Part shown: positions 23,670 through 36,900 of the stretch, in pieces
Layout of the letters: every line of letters begins with the position of its first letter
How positions within the stretch are numbered: position 1 is the first letter of the stretch
From: Lobosporangium transversale
Taxonomy: Eukaryota
Length of the DNA: 64,000 nt
Assembly (NCBI RefSeq): GCF_002105155.1
Contig: NW_019029023.1
Span: 62,001-126,000 of the forward strand
Direction: 5' to 3'
Made by a program: the position numbers and the translations under genes
Notes under the pieces: model-generated
Databases searched by the model: none
What the model was told of the DNA's origin: nothing
Seen by the model: the letters and a program-made list of their open reading frames with translations, nothing else

Positions 23670-25052
23670 TTACTTGTTGCCAACAATGACGCGAGCAGAC
23701 TGAACAGCGCGGACAGCGGCGTCGCTGACAGAAGAGTTGACCTCCTGGACCTTGGACAATCCGCGGTGAACATTCTCCTGGATTGAAATCTGATACTGAA
23801 GCAAAGACTCCTTGACGTCCTGAGCAGCACTCTGCAAAATAGGCAAAGTCTCCTCCGTAGTAAGGTGCAAGATGTTACGGGCCTTCTGCATCGCAGACAC
23901 ATCAGGCTTGGCAATCTCCTCCTTCACTGTTTCATAGCGCTCGTTGACAAAGCCAACGAGAGGCTCCAGGCGAACCTGAACATACTCGGGCAGCTTGGGG
24001 CTGTGCTCCTTCAAGTAGAGCGACAATGAATCGATCTCCGACAAAAGGTTGGAGCTCAAGGTCTGGACACGTAGTGATGCCTCGCCGGGGACCTTTTGGA
24101 CGTTCTCCTGGAGCTCCTTGGCATGGATGCGCAGGGATTCGAGCAGGGCGCTAAGACGAATATTCAAAGCGTGGATCGATTCCTTGGACTTGACCAAAGC
24201 CGCGTTGTTCTCAGCAGCCTTGCACAAACCCTGAGCAGACTGAGTGATAGGTGCAACACCGATGCTCACGCGGCGAGAGACGCGAAGAGAGACATTGCGG
24301 GTAAGATCAACGACACGGACAGCCTGGTTGCTTTGTCCAGCGGTCGACTGCTCAACTTCAGCATCCGCAGGCAAGTAGCGGTTGACGATCGTCTCGAGAC
24401 CATCCACTAGAGGTGTGGCATGGTTATTGACGGTGGCAGCAATGTTGCTGGCAGTGGTTGTGGCAGCTGTTGTGAGCTGATCACGAGTCGTGGCAGCCGT
24501 TGAGGCAATGTTGGAGGTCACAGTCTTCACGGGAGCAGTAACATGAGCATCAATCGTGGACTGAATCTGGGTGTAGGGCTTCTTGACCTGGGTCACGATC
24601 TCAGCTGTAGGCTTGGTGACAATGGGGAAGGTAGTCTCCAAAAGGTCAAGCGATTTAGAGGCAATCTGATCGACCTTGGTAATATGAGGCTGGAGTGTCT
24701 TTTGATAGCCCTCAGTGTACTTTGAGACTGTCCCGACAGCAGAACCAGCAGTGTCGAGAGCATAACGGCTGTACTTGTTCTCCTTGGCCATCGAGTGCAG
24801 AGTGGTGACACTGTCGTGAATCAAGGGCAAAGAGCTGACACGAGCAATAAAGCCAGCCTGAGGGGCATCCTCTTTTTCAATATTTGAACTTGAAGAGCTC
24901 GTGGAGAGTGTGCGAGTGGTGGTGGTAGTGGTGGTCTTACGATAGGTTTTACCATCTGGGCCCTCAATGATTTCCTGCTCAACAGATGATTGGGAGGAGG
25001 GAGAGAGAGGACGGTCCACTTCAGAGTTATCGGAATCGTAGGGTGTAGTCAT
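23670..25052 (-). CDS. Perilipin-like (PAT-domain) lipid droplet protein, 460 aa, single exon
   Basis: FIARVSSLPLIHDSV...LQPHITKVDQIASKSLDLLETTFPIVTKPTAEI resembles the PAT domain (as in fungal CAP20/Mpl1/Pet10 and animal perilipins). It is followed by A/T/V-rich amphipathic repeats and a helical C-terminus. Confidence 0.8.
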   Translation of the reverse strand: MTTPYDSDNSEVDRPLSPSSQSSVEQEIIEGPDGKTYRKTTTTTTTRTLSTSSSSSNIEKEDAPQAGFIARVSSLPLIHDSVTTLHSMAKENKYSRYALDTAGSAVGTVSKYTEGYQKTLQPHITKVDQIASKSLDLLETTFPIVTKPTAEIVTQVKKPYTQIQSTIDAHVTAPVKTVTSNIASTAATTRDQLTTAATTTASNIAATVNNHATPLVDGLETIVNRYLPADAEVEQSTAGQSNQAVRVVDLTRNVSLRVSRRVSIGVAPITQSAQGLCKAAENNAALVKSKESIHALNIRLSALLESLRIHAKELQENVQKVPGEASLRVQTLSSNLLSEIDSLSLYLKEHSPKLPEYVQVRLEPLVGFVNERYETVKEEIAKPDVSAMQKARNILHLTTEETLPILQSAAQDVKESLLQYQISIQENVHRGLSKVQEVNSSVSDAAVRAVQSARVIVGNK

Positions 25053-28000
25053 TATGGATATGGAAGGTGGACTAGATTCGAGAGAGGGAAAGAGGAAGAG
25101 AGAAAAAAAAAAAAAGAAACACAGAGTGGGTTAGATGTTGTACTACTATGCTAGTGACAAAAACAAGACGAAGTGCTAGATTGAGGATGTGGATATGTCA
25201 GGAAGAAACAAGCGAAGTGTGCAGTGTTTGTCATAACAACTGAAAGACAGGACAGATGGACAGGGGAGGTATAAAAAAGACACTTGTTTTTGAGCATAAA
25301 TGATTGATGATGAATGGTGGCAAAAAAAAAAAAAAAAAAGTTGATTGTGATATGAATTGAATGAGGGGAAGGGAAAGAAAGGTGTGTTACAAGGGGAAAT
25401 GACTGCAACACATTCCAAATGCAGTGTGAGAAAAATGAACTGAGGACACATGTTCAAGTCAGGACAAGGGCAAGAAACCGCAGTTAGGACCCAACAATGG
25501 ATGACACAAAAAGAAAAAGCCAAGCCATGTGTATCCCCACAACATGCCCTGCCCTTTCCATGCGCTCCAAAGGAGTGCCTCTCAACAGTTTGCTTATCTG
25601 CATCAAATTTATGGGTAATGATCTGTTGGGGGAAAAAGTCGCGAGAATTTTTTTTTTTTTTCTATTGTTTCTTACCAAATAAGAAATTGTTATAAAAAAC
25701 ACAGAAAAAGGAGGGTATAAGGTGAATGCGAATGAGAGGAATGAAAGAGAATGGAATGAGGAATGAAGAGTCGCCGAAAGAGTCAAAGAGAGGAGTGATA
25801 GAAGGCGAAATATCGAACGATTTTATATTTAAAATGAGAGTGTGTTAAGGTATATGGATAATGAAATGAAAACAAAAAAAAAAAAGAAAAGAAAAGAATC
25901 AGAAGGCCTAGAGGAGACAGCGTCTATTTATTAACATCGGTTGTTGCGAAGGGAGGAAGAGCGTGATAATGTGTCAAGACACGTTCATGAGCATGAATAT
26001 GAACATGAGACAACATTAATACAAAATAAGCAATAACAATTGATTGTATGAATGATAGCAAAGATCGGTGTAAATGGATTTGAAGCACCGACAAGAGGAA
26101 CGGAACATCCGCTCGATTCAATCGTTAGTATTGAGTTATCGTGCTTTCTCATGTGCGATCGATATAAACTGTTTGGGCAGGGATGATCATGCTCATGAGG
26201 AATAGGATACAAGGACAACACATGCATGTACACACAGAGCAAGTGTTTACGTTTTGGCTCCAAACAAAGGCGCAATGCGATCAAATGAACAAACTGATAA
26301 ACCACCCTTACTCCTCTTTTTTATTGTTTAAAGTTGCCGCCCATTTCCATAGTTCCGGAAAGGCTTGATCACAAAGCTTCATACATGAAAACCCTCTAGT
26401 AACCACAGGACTGTCGTTAGTTTGTCTGTCATTGCTGTCACAATGGTAGTAAAGAACAAGCAAAAGGTCTTCATCGTCAATCTATTTAACGACCATGGTG
26501 AAAACCGCTTGTCACTTGAGCTAGTTCTGCATCTCATGGCTTGGGCCCATTTTTCTTTGTGCATTTTCAAGTGACAAAAGTACAAAGTATAGAACGAATG
26601 GTTTTTTGCAACAAGTGGAAGCAGGGACAGTCATATATCCTTTTGTGTTGCATGGATCCAATATACTAAAGTCCTTGAGCTCGTGAAAAATAAGCGATTT
26701 GTGTGGTGCGTGGGTGATAGCATGAGTGTACACTTGTATAAGCAAACATGGGATGGGCAAATCCATCATATGAATTGGTCCTAGCTTTTTTTTTTTCTTA
26801 CTTGCCCACATGTATACGTCCATTTTCCGAAGCTTAGCATATTGTATAGATTCAATAAGCTCAACATTCAAAAAAAAAAAAAAAAAAAGCAAAGGCCCCA
26901 TCATGTTTGTTTTCTTTTCACGTTCACGCGGCAATGCGTTCACTAATAAAGAAAGGAGGTTTTACTGCGATTAGATCCATTAGACAAAAAGGGCTTGTTC
27001 TCTTCATTGGATCCTTTTTTTTTTTTTTTTTTCTGTCATGACAACATGTGGCACAGCACCAAAGAGGACCTTATATTTCCGGGATTGTTCGTAGAACCGT
27101 ATTTTAGGTCGACAGAAATTCACCCTCAGATCATGAAAAAGCATTTTCACATGTGAGACCCGGAAGATCGATCACTTTACGTTACATAGACCTAAAAAAA
27201 ATATAATTATTTTATGTCCGACCTCCCATGGCTCCTACTTTCCTAGTTCAAGTGCTTGCTTCTCATTGACCACGTTTCTGTACCACCTATTTGTCCAAGT
27301 AAAAAGAATAATTTCTCATGAAGAGCTTGGCACATGACATGATCCACTTCTCTGAACCCTGGACAGACGTATCACAGCAGAAGCTAAGCTTGCACCGTTG
27401 TCTCGGAGGAAGCCTACAAATGTCAAGAGTCCTTCAAAGCCACCAGCTGAGTGAATTCACGTCGGTAGCAGTTTTAGTAATGGAGTATTAAGACCACTGA
27501 TGCCATCTATGACAAATGCACGGACATTTATTTACTCGCCTGTACACTCTCGTTGTCCTCATTTTTTTTTTTTTTTTTTTTTTGATACCATGGTCTATAC
27601 GAGTGGAACTTTTCTAGGCATTTGATGGACCCCACACGACAGGCGATTTTTCTAGTCACTGGCATGTGCAATTCTTGCTGCTCTTTCTTACGCTATGCTC
27701 TCGTTCCTTTCTCTATCGAGTTATTTTTTAGCGCCGCCATTTATGCCTATTTTATTATTATTACGGGCTCCATTTATTCGTTGCTTGGAATGTTATTTCA
27801 AAGAATATGCAGGCATACTATTAAAGAAGAATGATTATGATATCCTTGCCATACTGGATCATCATTATCGAGGTCATGATTTGTACTCTAGACCTGAATT
27901 CACCACAAAGCTACGATGTAAAAGATGGACATGGATTATTCGTGGGGTTAGTTGTACCTGCATCTTGTTTATTGACAGCCAAGACTATCCGATGTCAGAA

Positions 28001-28369
28001 ATTTCTTTTTTTTTTTCTTTTTTTTTTTTAAGGAAATAGACAGGTCATGGAAAAGTTTTAAACCCCACATAAAGATCGTGATGCTCGTGAGCCAAACCCT
28101 TTGTGAAATGAAATAGATTGGAAATAACATTTTTAGGGTTTGGTGTATAGTCTGTAACCGCTTTGCTCGTGTACTGTACAATGTTGAAGGCATTTTTCTT
28201 CTTTACATCACATGGGGCATAGAAATGAGGCATTTATCCTGAGAAGGTCTGGGATCTCTCGCGCCCTTCACAGCCTTCTCATCCCCAACTTGTGAAATCT
28301 TGAATTCTCTGTGTGGGGTTGAATCAAGAACTGATGCTCTTTTTGTTCACTTTGAAATGCTTAGGCATG

Positions 28370-28400
<31 letters not shown>

Positions 28401-28691
28401 TTGCTAGATGACACTTGCTTACGCAGACTAACGCAACAGTTTCTGAAACTTGAAAATATTTGCATAGCAAACAAAAGTAAGGGTTGGCGCCTTGACCATG
28501 TTTATATCAGGCCAATCATTGCAGAAGTCTTGTGGACGCGCCCATCCTACAAGATCTCGTCATAGACTCATAGTTGATGACATTAAAAAAAAAAAAAATG
28601 GAGTATAAATTGACTCTTTGAAATCGATCTTTTTTCTCTCATTTTATTTTTCATTCTCATTGTCATTTTCATTCTTGTAGACGCTTGCATG

Positions 28692-28727
<36 letters not shown>

Positions 28728-29031
28728 CTTCTTCAGTAGAGCTTATTAGTAGTGTTATAATAGCCGTAGTAGAGTTAGTGTTTCACGTTTATTATTATGG
28801 CAACATTGTGGTCTATAGGCTGGCGTGCTTTATACCTCTCACACTTGTCATCCCGATGTTATCACACAACAAATCTTGGTACCACATCTTTGGGAAGCAT
28901 TCGTTCAACACGATTAGCAACTTTCATGAACTCTCAACACTTGAGAGGATACACACAATTACAGATACATTCACGATCTCTGTTCAGGTACGGACTTTCA
29001 GACTCTCTGGCAAGGAGGAAAAGATATCATG

Positions 29032-29062
<31 letters not shown>

Positions 29063-29627
29063 GTATAAAACCTGATAAAACAATGACCTCAAATGTCTTT
29101 TGACATCATAACATGTCACGATTGATCACCTATGCCACATAAATGTGATTTAAGCCTCAGGTTTAACAAGATTGAGGACGGCAACAAGAGCGTTTTGCAA
29201 TAGCTTCCATAATTTTGTACATGTATGTACAGTACATTGAACACGTTTCATTTGTGCTCTGTCCCCCCAACTAAAGTAAGACAGAGAAGTGGAAACAATC
29301 ACCTTTTCCCCCCACGCTCAATTCAAGCTTCTTGGTTCAAGCTACATCACTTTTTCAGTTCTCTTTCCCCTCTTTTCTTTTCCTTCTTCTTCCCAATTCT
29401 TTCTAACTCTTTTGTTTGATCTTGCGCTTTTGTAAAACTGCTGTTTCGTCTTCAGTAGTAATCACTCGAATCAATCGTGTCCACGCCAATCCTTGGAGCA
29501 TCAAGCAATTTTAGCCCGACTACAGCAGCAGCAACAACAACGACCTTATCAGCATCAACGACAGATAAAGGATTATATTCATATACTTCATACCGATCAA
29601 TCAACACCACAGTACCAAAAGCAGAAT

Positions 29628-30901
29628 ATGACTGAAAAAGTAGCTCTCATCGGATCTGGCAACTGGTAAACCTTTTTTTTTTTTTTTTTTTTTTTTAATA
29701 TTATTTATAGAGAGTATATCACTGGAATGGTTGACAATGAATGAAAATGAATGGCAATTAGAATGTAACGGATGGAATGACAATCGAAAACTCGAAAAGC
29801 TAATTCAAGCTTTTTTTATTTTTTTTTTAAGGGGGTCTGCCGTTGCAAAGATCGTTGGTGGGAACGTTCATAATTTTGAGCATTTCGACAAAGAGGTGAA
29901 GATGTGGGTTTACGAAGAGCAAATTGATGGAAAGAACCTCACAGAAATCATCAACACCAAGCACGAGAATGTGAAGTAAGTGATTTGTTCCGATACGTTG
30001 GGCCGTATATGTTATTATTCCCAATCTTTATATTACAAGCCCTGAAGATTGTGGGACTTTTTTGTTATATTTCCTTCATGGTACACATTTAAAGATGTTT
30101 GAGCTCTGTTTGTTTTGATGGGGTAAAAAAAAAAAAAAAAAAAATGTGGAGAAGTGATCATCATTTTTAAAGATTTGTTGATCTGTTGAGCAAACAGAAC
30201 TTTTTTGTGATTTCCACATTAAGTGCATATCGTGGCTTATTATCGTTCAAAAGTTGAATTGTTGTGGGGTTGTTACCGAATGTTGCAAGCGTGTGAATAA
30301 ATAGCCATTGGGATAAAAATGTAGATCACATCGGAAAAATTGATTTGTCAAAAATATTGATGCCCAGGTCTCCTTAAGAAAAAAATAAAATAAATAAATA
30401 AATAAAAAAAAAAAAAGAAAATGTTGATTGACTAATTTTTTTTCCATCCTTGTCCAACATGGATTTAACATCATGCTTTGAATAGATATCTTCCAGGCAT
30501 TAAACTGCCAGAGAATGTTGTTGCATGTCCAGATTTGATCAAGACGTGTGAAGATGCCACCATGCTTGTATTTGTTGTCCCTCATCAGGTATGTTGCACG
30601 ATTTATAAATAAATATTGTACACAAGGTTCGTTCAGTGGAATGCTAGTTCGCAGCCTGACTATGTAACCTCAAGTGTCGATTCTGCCTTGACGATTGGCG
30701 GTCATGGATTTCACATGAATGTTATGACGAATGACAAAGAGGTTGGATAGTCTTGAGACCAACGAAAAGTATAGAGATCCTGTCTATTTTAGACGCGTTG
30801 AGAGCATTCAAAGATGCATAGAAGTGTGTCAGAGGATTTACATTTTTCATGGTTTTAAAATGTTTGTGCAACGCTTCCTAACACATTTTCTTTTTCTTTT
30901 T

Positions 30902-30943
<42 letters not shown>

Positions 30944-31796
30944 TTTGTATCCGGCATCTGTAAGCAATTGAAGGGCAAGATCCCTTCAAACTGCAAAGCC
31001 ATCTCGTTGATTAAGGGTATTGACGTCCAGGATAATGCAGAAGGCTTCCGTCTCATCACAGATATGATCCAGGAGTCGCTCGGCATTCAAGCCTGTATGT
31101 TGAGTGGCGCCAATATTGCAGATGAGGTTGCAGAAGGACGATTCTGTGAGACAACTATCGGATACAGGAATAAGAAAGATGGCGAGCTGTTTAGAGACAT
31201 TTTTCACACACCATTTTTCAGGGTCAGTATTATAGAGGACGTTGTGGGAGTAGAGCTTTGTGGAGCTCTCAAGAATATTATCGCAATTGGAGGCGGATTG
31301 GTTGATGGACTCAAGTAAGTTGTATATAAAGTCAATCCAGTAGATGCTCCAGTTAATAATTAACTGATACAATTATGGGTATTAATTACAATTGTATTTC
31401 TATTAATGTTACCATTAATTTAGGATGGGTGCTAACACAAAGGCAGCAATCATCCGTATTGGTCTGTATGAGATGCGCAAGTTTGCGAAAATGTTTTACA
31501 AGGATATCAAGGATGAGACATTCTTTGAATCTTGTGGTGTTGCGGATTTAGTCACAACATGTGCAGGCGGTCGAAACCGCAAGGTGGCAGAGGCGCATGT
31601 TACAACAGGCAAATCTTTTGATCAGCTTGAACAAGAGATGCTAAATGGACAGAAACTGCAAGGCACCTCGACCGCCAAAGATATGTATGGCATCCTTTCC
31701 AAAAAGGGTCTTTGTGAAGAGTTCCCATTGATGACCACTATCTATCGTATTTGCTACGAGGATGTACCACCTAAAAGGATTGTGGAGGACATCTAA
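29628..31796 (+). CDS. GPD1: NAD-dependent glycerol-3-phosphate dehydrogenase (5 exons)
   Basis: [114 protein letters not shown]. Confidence 0.97.
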
Positions 31797-33137
31797 GACA
31801 GAAGATATGAGAATCTATGGATTGTGAACTACAGACAGGAGCAAAAAAAAAAAAAAAAAAAAAAAAAGAATCAAGGCAATAAAAGTTCACGTTATCATTA
31901 TGGGATAAATATCTTTTGTCACTTTGGAAATGAAATGGCACGCGTATGATGACAAGTGATCAAACCAAAACATGTTTATACATTACGTGGAGAGGCACAT
32001 GGAGATCAAATTATCGATCATATGGGAACAAGATATCCACACACACATAAATATGTATACACAAGAGGATTATATCATTTGTGTACATGTTGCTAGAAAA
32101 CTATAGTCAAGTAATCATCAACGCGACATCGCGCGAGATAGGCATGTGCGTGAAAAAAGGAAAGAAGAGGGGAGGGAGGACGAAAGTGGGACGAGTGCCT
32201 ATGGTCCATTACAACAATAGGGTGTAGTCTTTGTATTTAACCTAGGACTGTAACAGCAATGTTATTTATTTACATGTATTTATTTATTTTTATTTAGTTA
32301 ATCTACATAAATAAATGGCTACCTTAGATCGGTGTAAGATTAAATTAGAGAGCTTTGACCATCGGGTATTTCTTTTTTTTTTTCTTTTCTTTTTTTTTTT
32401 TTATTCTTGTTGGCTCTCGGGAAAGCTCTTATAAACCGAAAGGGGAAACAAATAAATAAAAAAGCTTAGCGATTTATGCCGGACAGCCACTTCTCTTCGT
32501 GAAATGAATAAGAGACTCCATCCCATCCTTTTTTTTTTTTTAAAAAAAAAAAAAAGAAAGGGAGGCTGACAAATGATCCGAGATCACAAAGCATTGATTA
32601 ATCACGTCCATGATCTGAATACTGCTAAGCTGCCAAGTATTAGTCATCTCCTCGATGTCTTTGATCTTTTTTTTTTTTTTATTTTTTTTTCATTGCTGCG
32701 TCTTTATGAACGATGGAAAAGCAAACGAGCAAGAAGTTAAGGAAGTTAAGGAATAAAATATGATAGGAGCGCACAAGCGGAATTGACGTTTGTTACGCGT
32801 TTTGTTTATTTATTTCTTTTTTTTATTATTATTTTATTTTTATTTGAAAAGGTACATTGTTTTATAAATTGCTACGCATATCTATGCAAGAATATATTAT
32901 GTTTTTAGTATATTACTTTTATTTTGTATTCTAAAGTACATGTACATTGGATATAAACAGAGAAGTGCAGTTTTTTTAAACTATGTCCACCATGTGCAAG
33001 CATATCGAGAAAGGCAAGGCTCAAAGTGAAATCGATGATTGGGGAAGGGAAGAAAGCATTGGGTCCAGATTAGGAGGCAAAACCTTTTTTTTTTTTTTTA
33101 ACGCTTAATAAGTGGACCATGGACATGCTTTGCGGAG

Positions 33138-33168
<31 letters not shown>

Positions 33169-33175
33169 GATCGGA

Positions 33176-33198
33176 GAAAGAGAGAGAGAGAGAGAAAA

Positions 33199-33262
<64 letters not shown>
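33176..33262. repeat. Compound (GA)n/(GAAA)n microsatellite
   Basis: Read directly. Similar tracts occur at about 1822-1905 and 8610-8660. Confidence 0.9.
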
Positions 33263-33992
33263 GCAACGACTGTGTGTTGGTGGATGCATGCATGTTGCAC
33301 AGTGATGGCGATAGTAATGATAATGTACACCAGATGATTAATAAAAATTAATATAAAATATAAAAATACAAGCAGTTTGAATATCATGAAATGGAATGAC
33401 TCTGTGATTTGTCAAAGTATCAAGTGCTGTGGAGGTGTCGGTCCTTCCAAGCATTTGTTGCATGCATGCATGCGTTCCTCGAATGGTGGGGGGGAAAACA
33501 GTTTTTTTTCCTGCCAACTCTTTTTCTCACATTCATTTTAATCTTACTTCAATCATTGAAACCATTGTACCTTTATCCTCTTACCCTATTTCGTCTCTTG
33601 TCAGTTTTCTCTTTCATTCTTTCTTTTTTCTCTCTTGTTTTTTGTTATTCTTTAAATACTCTTTTCAACTGCCTACCCTGCCTGTCTGTTGTGGAAGACT
33701 CATTCTCTATATTCTCTTCATTCTCCACATCCTCTCATTCCATCTCTATTGTTCCTCATTCTCTCAATCGCCTTCACAGAAGATGTTAAAGGAAACAATG
33801 AAAAAAGACCGAGCACACTGCAATTGAAATAGGAAACTGATAACACCAAATTCATATAATCTGCATTCACCTCACCTTATCCCATCCTCGTTTTTTTTCT
33901 TCTTGCCCAAAACTGAGCATTTTCCTTTTCTCCACATCGGCAACTGCAGCTGCGTTTTTTTTTTTTTTTTTTTTTTACATTTTTCCTTCAAA

Positions 33993-36900
33993 ATGCCTTT
34001 TACAGAGATCCCAATTGAATGCTTAAAGATCGTGCTAATGTATCTGGACCTGCCAGACCAACACAGCGTTCTCTTGACCTGTCGTGCCCTCTTCAAGAAA
34101 ACCGTCCCTACCCTCTACCGATCACCATTCCGAGCCATCATGACTTTTGATGACTGGAAATCTCTCGGTGCTCCTTCTTCTTCCCCTCATCTTCCACATC
34201 CTTTCAGGAACGATTCAAATACCTCCACCAACCGTGACAACAACATAAGCAATACTAAGCTATCAGGGAATATGATTATCAATAACACTAATGCCAATGT
34301 CAATCAAAGGAAAACAGGAGGGACTGTAGATGATCCTGGATGTGGCAATGGTACTTGTACAATTGATAATGGTAATGTCCAAAGCACGGGTCGGCTCAAC
34401 AGCACTTCCTCCTCATCCGTTTCTTCGTCCTCCACAGGTAGTACAGCCGCCTCTTCCGCTTCCGTCAGCGCCACTACATCAAAGACAACAATCTCGACCG
34501 CAGCGGCAGTAGCAGCATTATCGTCAGCAACCAAGGCCGTCTTACATGTAACAAGCGCCCTACAGGGCCGTCATCTTGCTACATCTCAAGCTCAGCAACA
34601 ACAAGAAAAAAATACCCGACAACAAAAACAACAAAAGCCTAAACGTCCTTCCTCTTTACAACGCCGCTCTTATTCAGATTATCACAAAAACATTAGCAAC
34701 GATAGTACCACTCATACGAGTAACGGTAAAAATAGCAGTAGCAAAGTTGCATCTGTCAGCCAAGTCAATCTCCGCGCGCGTGGCAACAGTAGTGGCAGTA
34801 GTCATGCCAGCTTCAGCTACAGCTCTGGCTACAATAATGGTCACGACAGCAGCAGTAGTAATAACAATATCAGCAATGGAAAGGGAGATTATCATCAGCA
34901 TTACTATCCAAACAATCATCACACAATTCACACATTTCTTAATAATAACACCAAAATCGCAAATGCGGCCCCTGCAGCATTCACTCAGTCCTATGCAGCA
35001 CCAATTTCTCCGGAATTGCAACAACTCCGACTCTGTAAGATGACTCGTTTGTTACAGCTGTTGATTGCCTGCACATCCGTTCAGGCGCGTCTCCCTGCAT
35101 TGCGATACCCGGGCTATGGTCAGCAATGGATCCGTCCACCCTGCAAAATTGATTATTTAAAGTATTTTTCAGATTATCAAGGGGCAGGAGAAATGATGAT
35201 ACAGTGCTTCCACTTATTGTTTGCAGATCTGATCCCCGCTCAATCAGATGACAGCGATTACGACAGCAGTAACGGCGGTGGCAATAATAATCGCGGCGGT
35301 CACGACGAAGAGGAGCGAAAGAATCAAGGGGGTTATGGCAGTAGCAATAGCAGCAGCAGCAGCAGCAGCTCAAAACACACACGAAATCAAGAGGCCTACA
35401 TGGTTCTGTTTCAAATCCTGAGAGAATTCATGTCACATAACGCAGAGCAGATCCAGACACTATCGGTATCAGCCGTGTATACAATCGAGCACGCGACTGC
35501 ATTGGTTCCACAACTGGCATCGGTCACACGACTTGAGATCACAGACCTAGAAAAAACGAGTCAGGACGTGCGAGTGGACTTGGTCGTGGATTTTATTAAA
35601 TCACATCGGATGCTGTTTGGACCTATCCTAAAGGACATTGTGCTGGTTGAGAAACACGCCCTTGGATCAATTGTACCAGGGACATTGTCGGCATCGACAT
35701 TCATGGCCATACCATCATTATCCTCCACCTCCTCCTCACCAGCATTGGCCTCTACTTTTGCTTCCATAGCAACTACTATATCCGCACCATCCTCACCTTC
35801 GTCCCCAATCTCACCTGCCTCCTCCTTGGGATCTGTTTTTACGGCGTACTCTGCAGCTGTACGCATCCCCACTTCTGTCAACAGTAATTTAGGTCAAAAT
35901 AACAATACCCTCGCTATTATTGATGCGTTCAAAGGTCTGGAAAAGATTGATGCTACAGGATGGGCCAATTGCATACTTTACCTCGATCACATCCTTCCAG
36001 CCCCTATTACTACTGGCTCTCCTCCCAATCGTTCTATCCTTGCTGCTGCTGCACCAGGCGCTCCCATGGTAACGACGGGGGCTGTGACTACTGCTTCAAC
36101 ATCCACAGCTACCTCCTTGAAACGCTTGTGGCTCTCCTACTACTTCCCAGCATCCGAATCTGTTGATTCCAAGGTCGCGCGTCTAGGAGATATCCTCACT
36201 CGGTGCCGATCTCTCACAGAAGTTCGACTTCCTATCCGACGAGGAGATGTCTTTGCATGGGCAACCCAAGAGAAGAAGACAGCCCTGATCTGTGCACCAA
36301 TCTTGAAATCCTCCACCGCCAAACATCTGCCACCCATGAAACGGATCCATATTCAGGGCCCAAGTTTAGAATTGATGGATTGTTTACATGATGCCAGCTT
36401 TGCCTTTCAGGACACATTAGAAGATTTAGAGGCAAGTTCAAGGTTACGGATTTGGCAACCAACGACATTAGAATGGGACTGGACAATGAAACGATTAAGG
36501 CGCTTGAAGTTAGAGGGCGAGATCTGTTTATATTTCTGTTTGGAGAGCTTGGTAAGATGCCCAGCCTTGGAAGAGCTGGAGCTAGTGTTAACACCAAAGA
36601 CTGGTTCTAGAGCTGTCGCCCGTCAGGATGTTAGAGGTTCTACTGGGTATCTTCAGCAACATCGTCAACAACAGTACCAGCACCAGCACCAGCACCAGCA
36701 CCAGCACCGGTATCTCGTCTGGCCTGGTACTAACAGTCATCATGGTGGTGATAGAGCGGAAGGAGAAGTAGAAGGAGGAGGAGCAGGCCATTTTTGGGCT
36801 CAACAGGACCCTGGGAAAAATCTGTTGCTCTTCATTCGGTCACGTGAGATGTATAGGATCTCTTCATTACCACATTTGAAATCTTTGGCCTTGGTGGGAC

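Noticed and set aside
27300..29080. Short ORFs and splice-like signals in the perilipin-GPD1 spacer
   Set aside because: I could not assemble an in-phase gene or recognise any domain.
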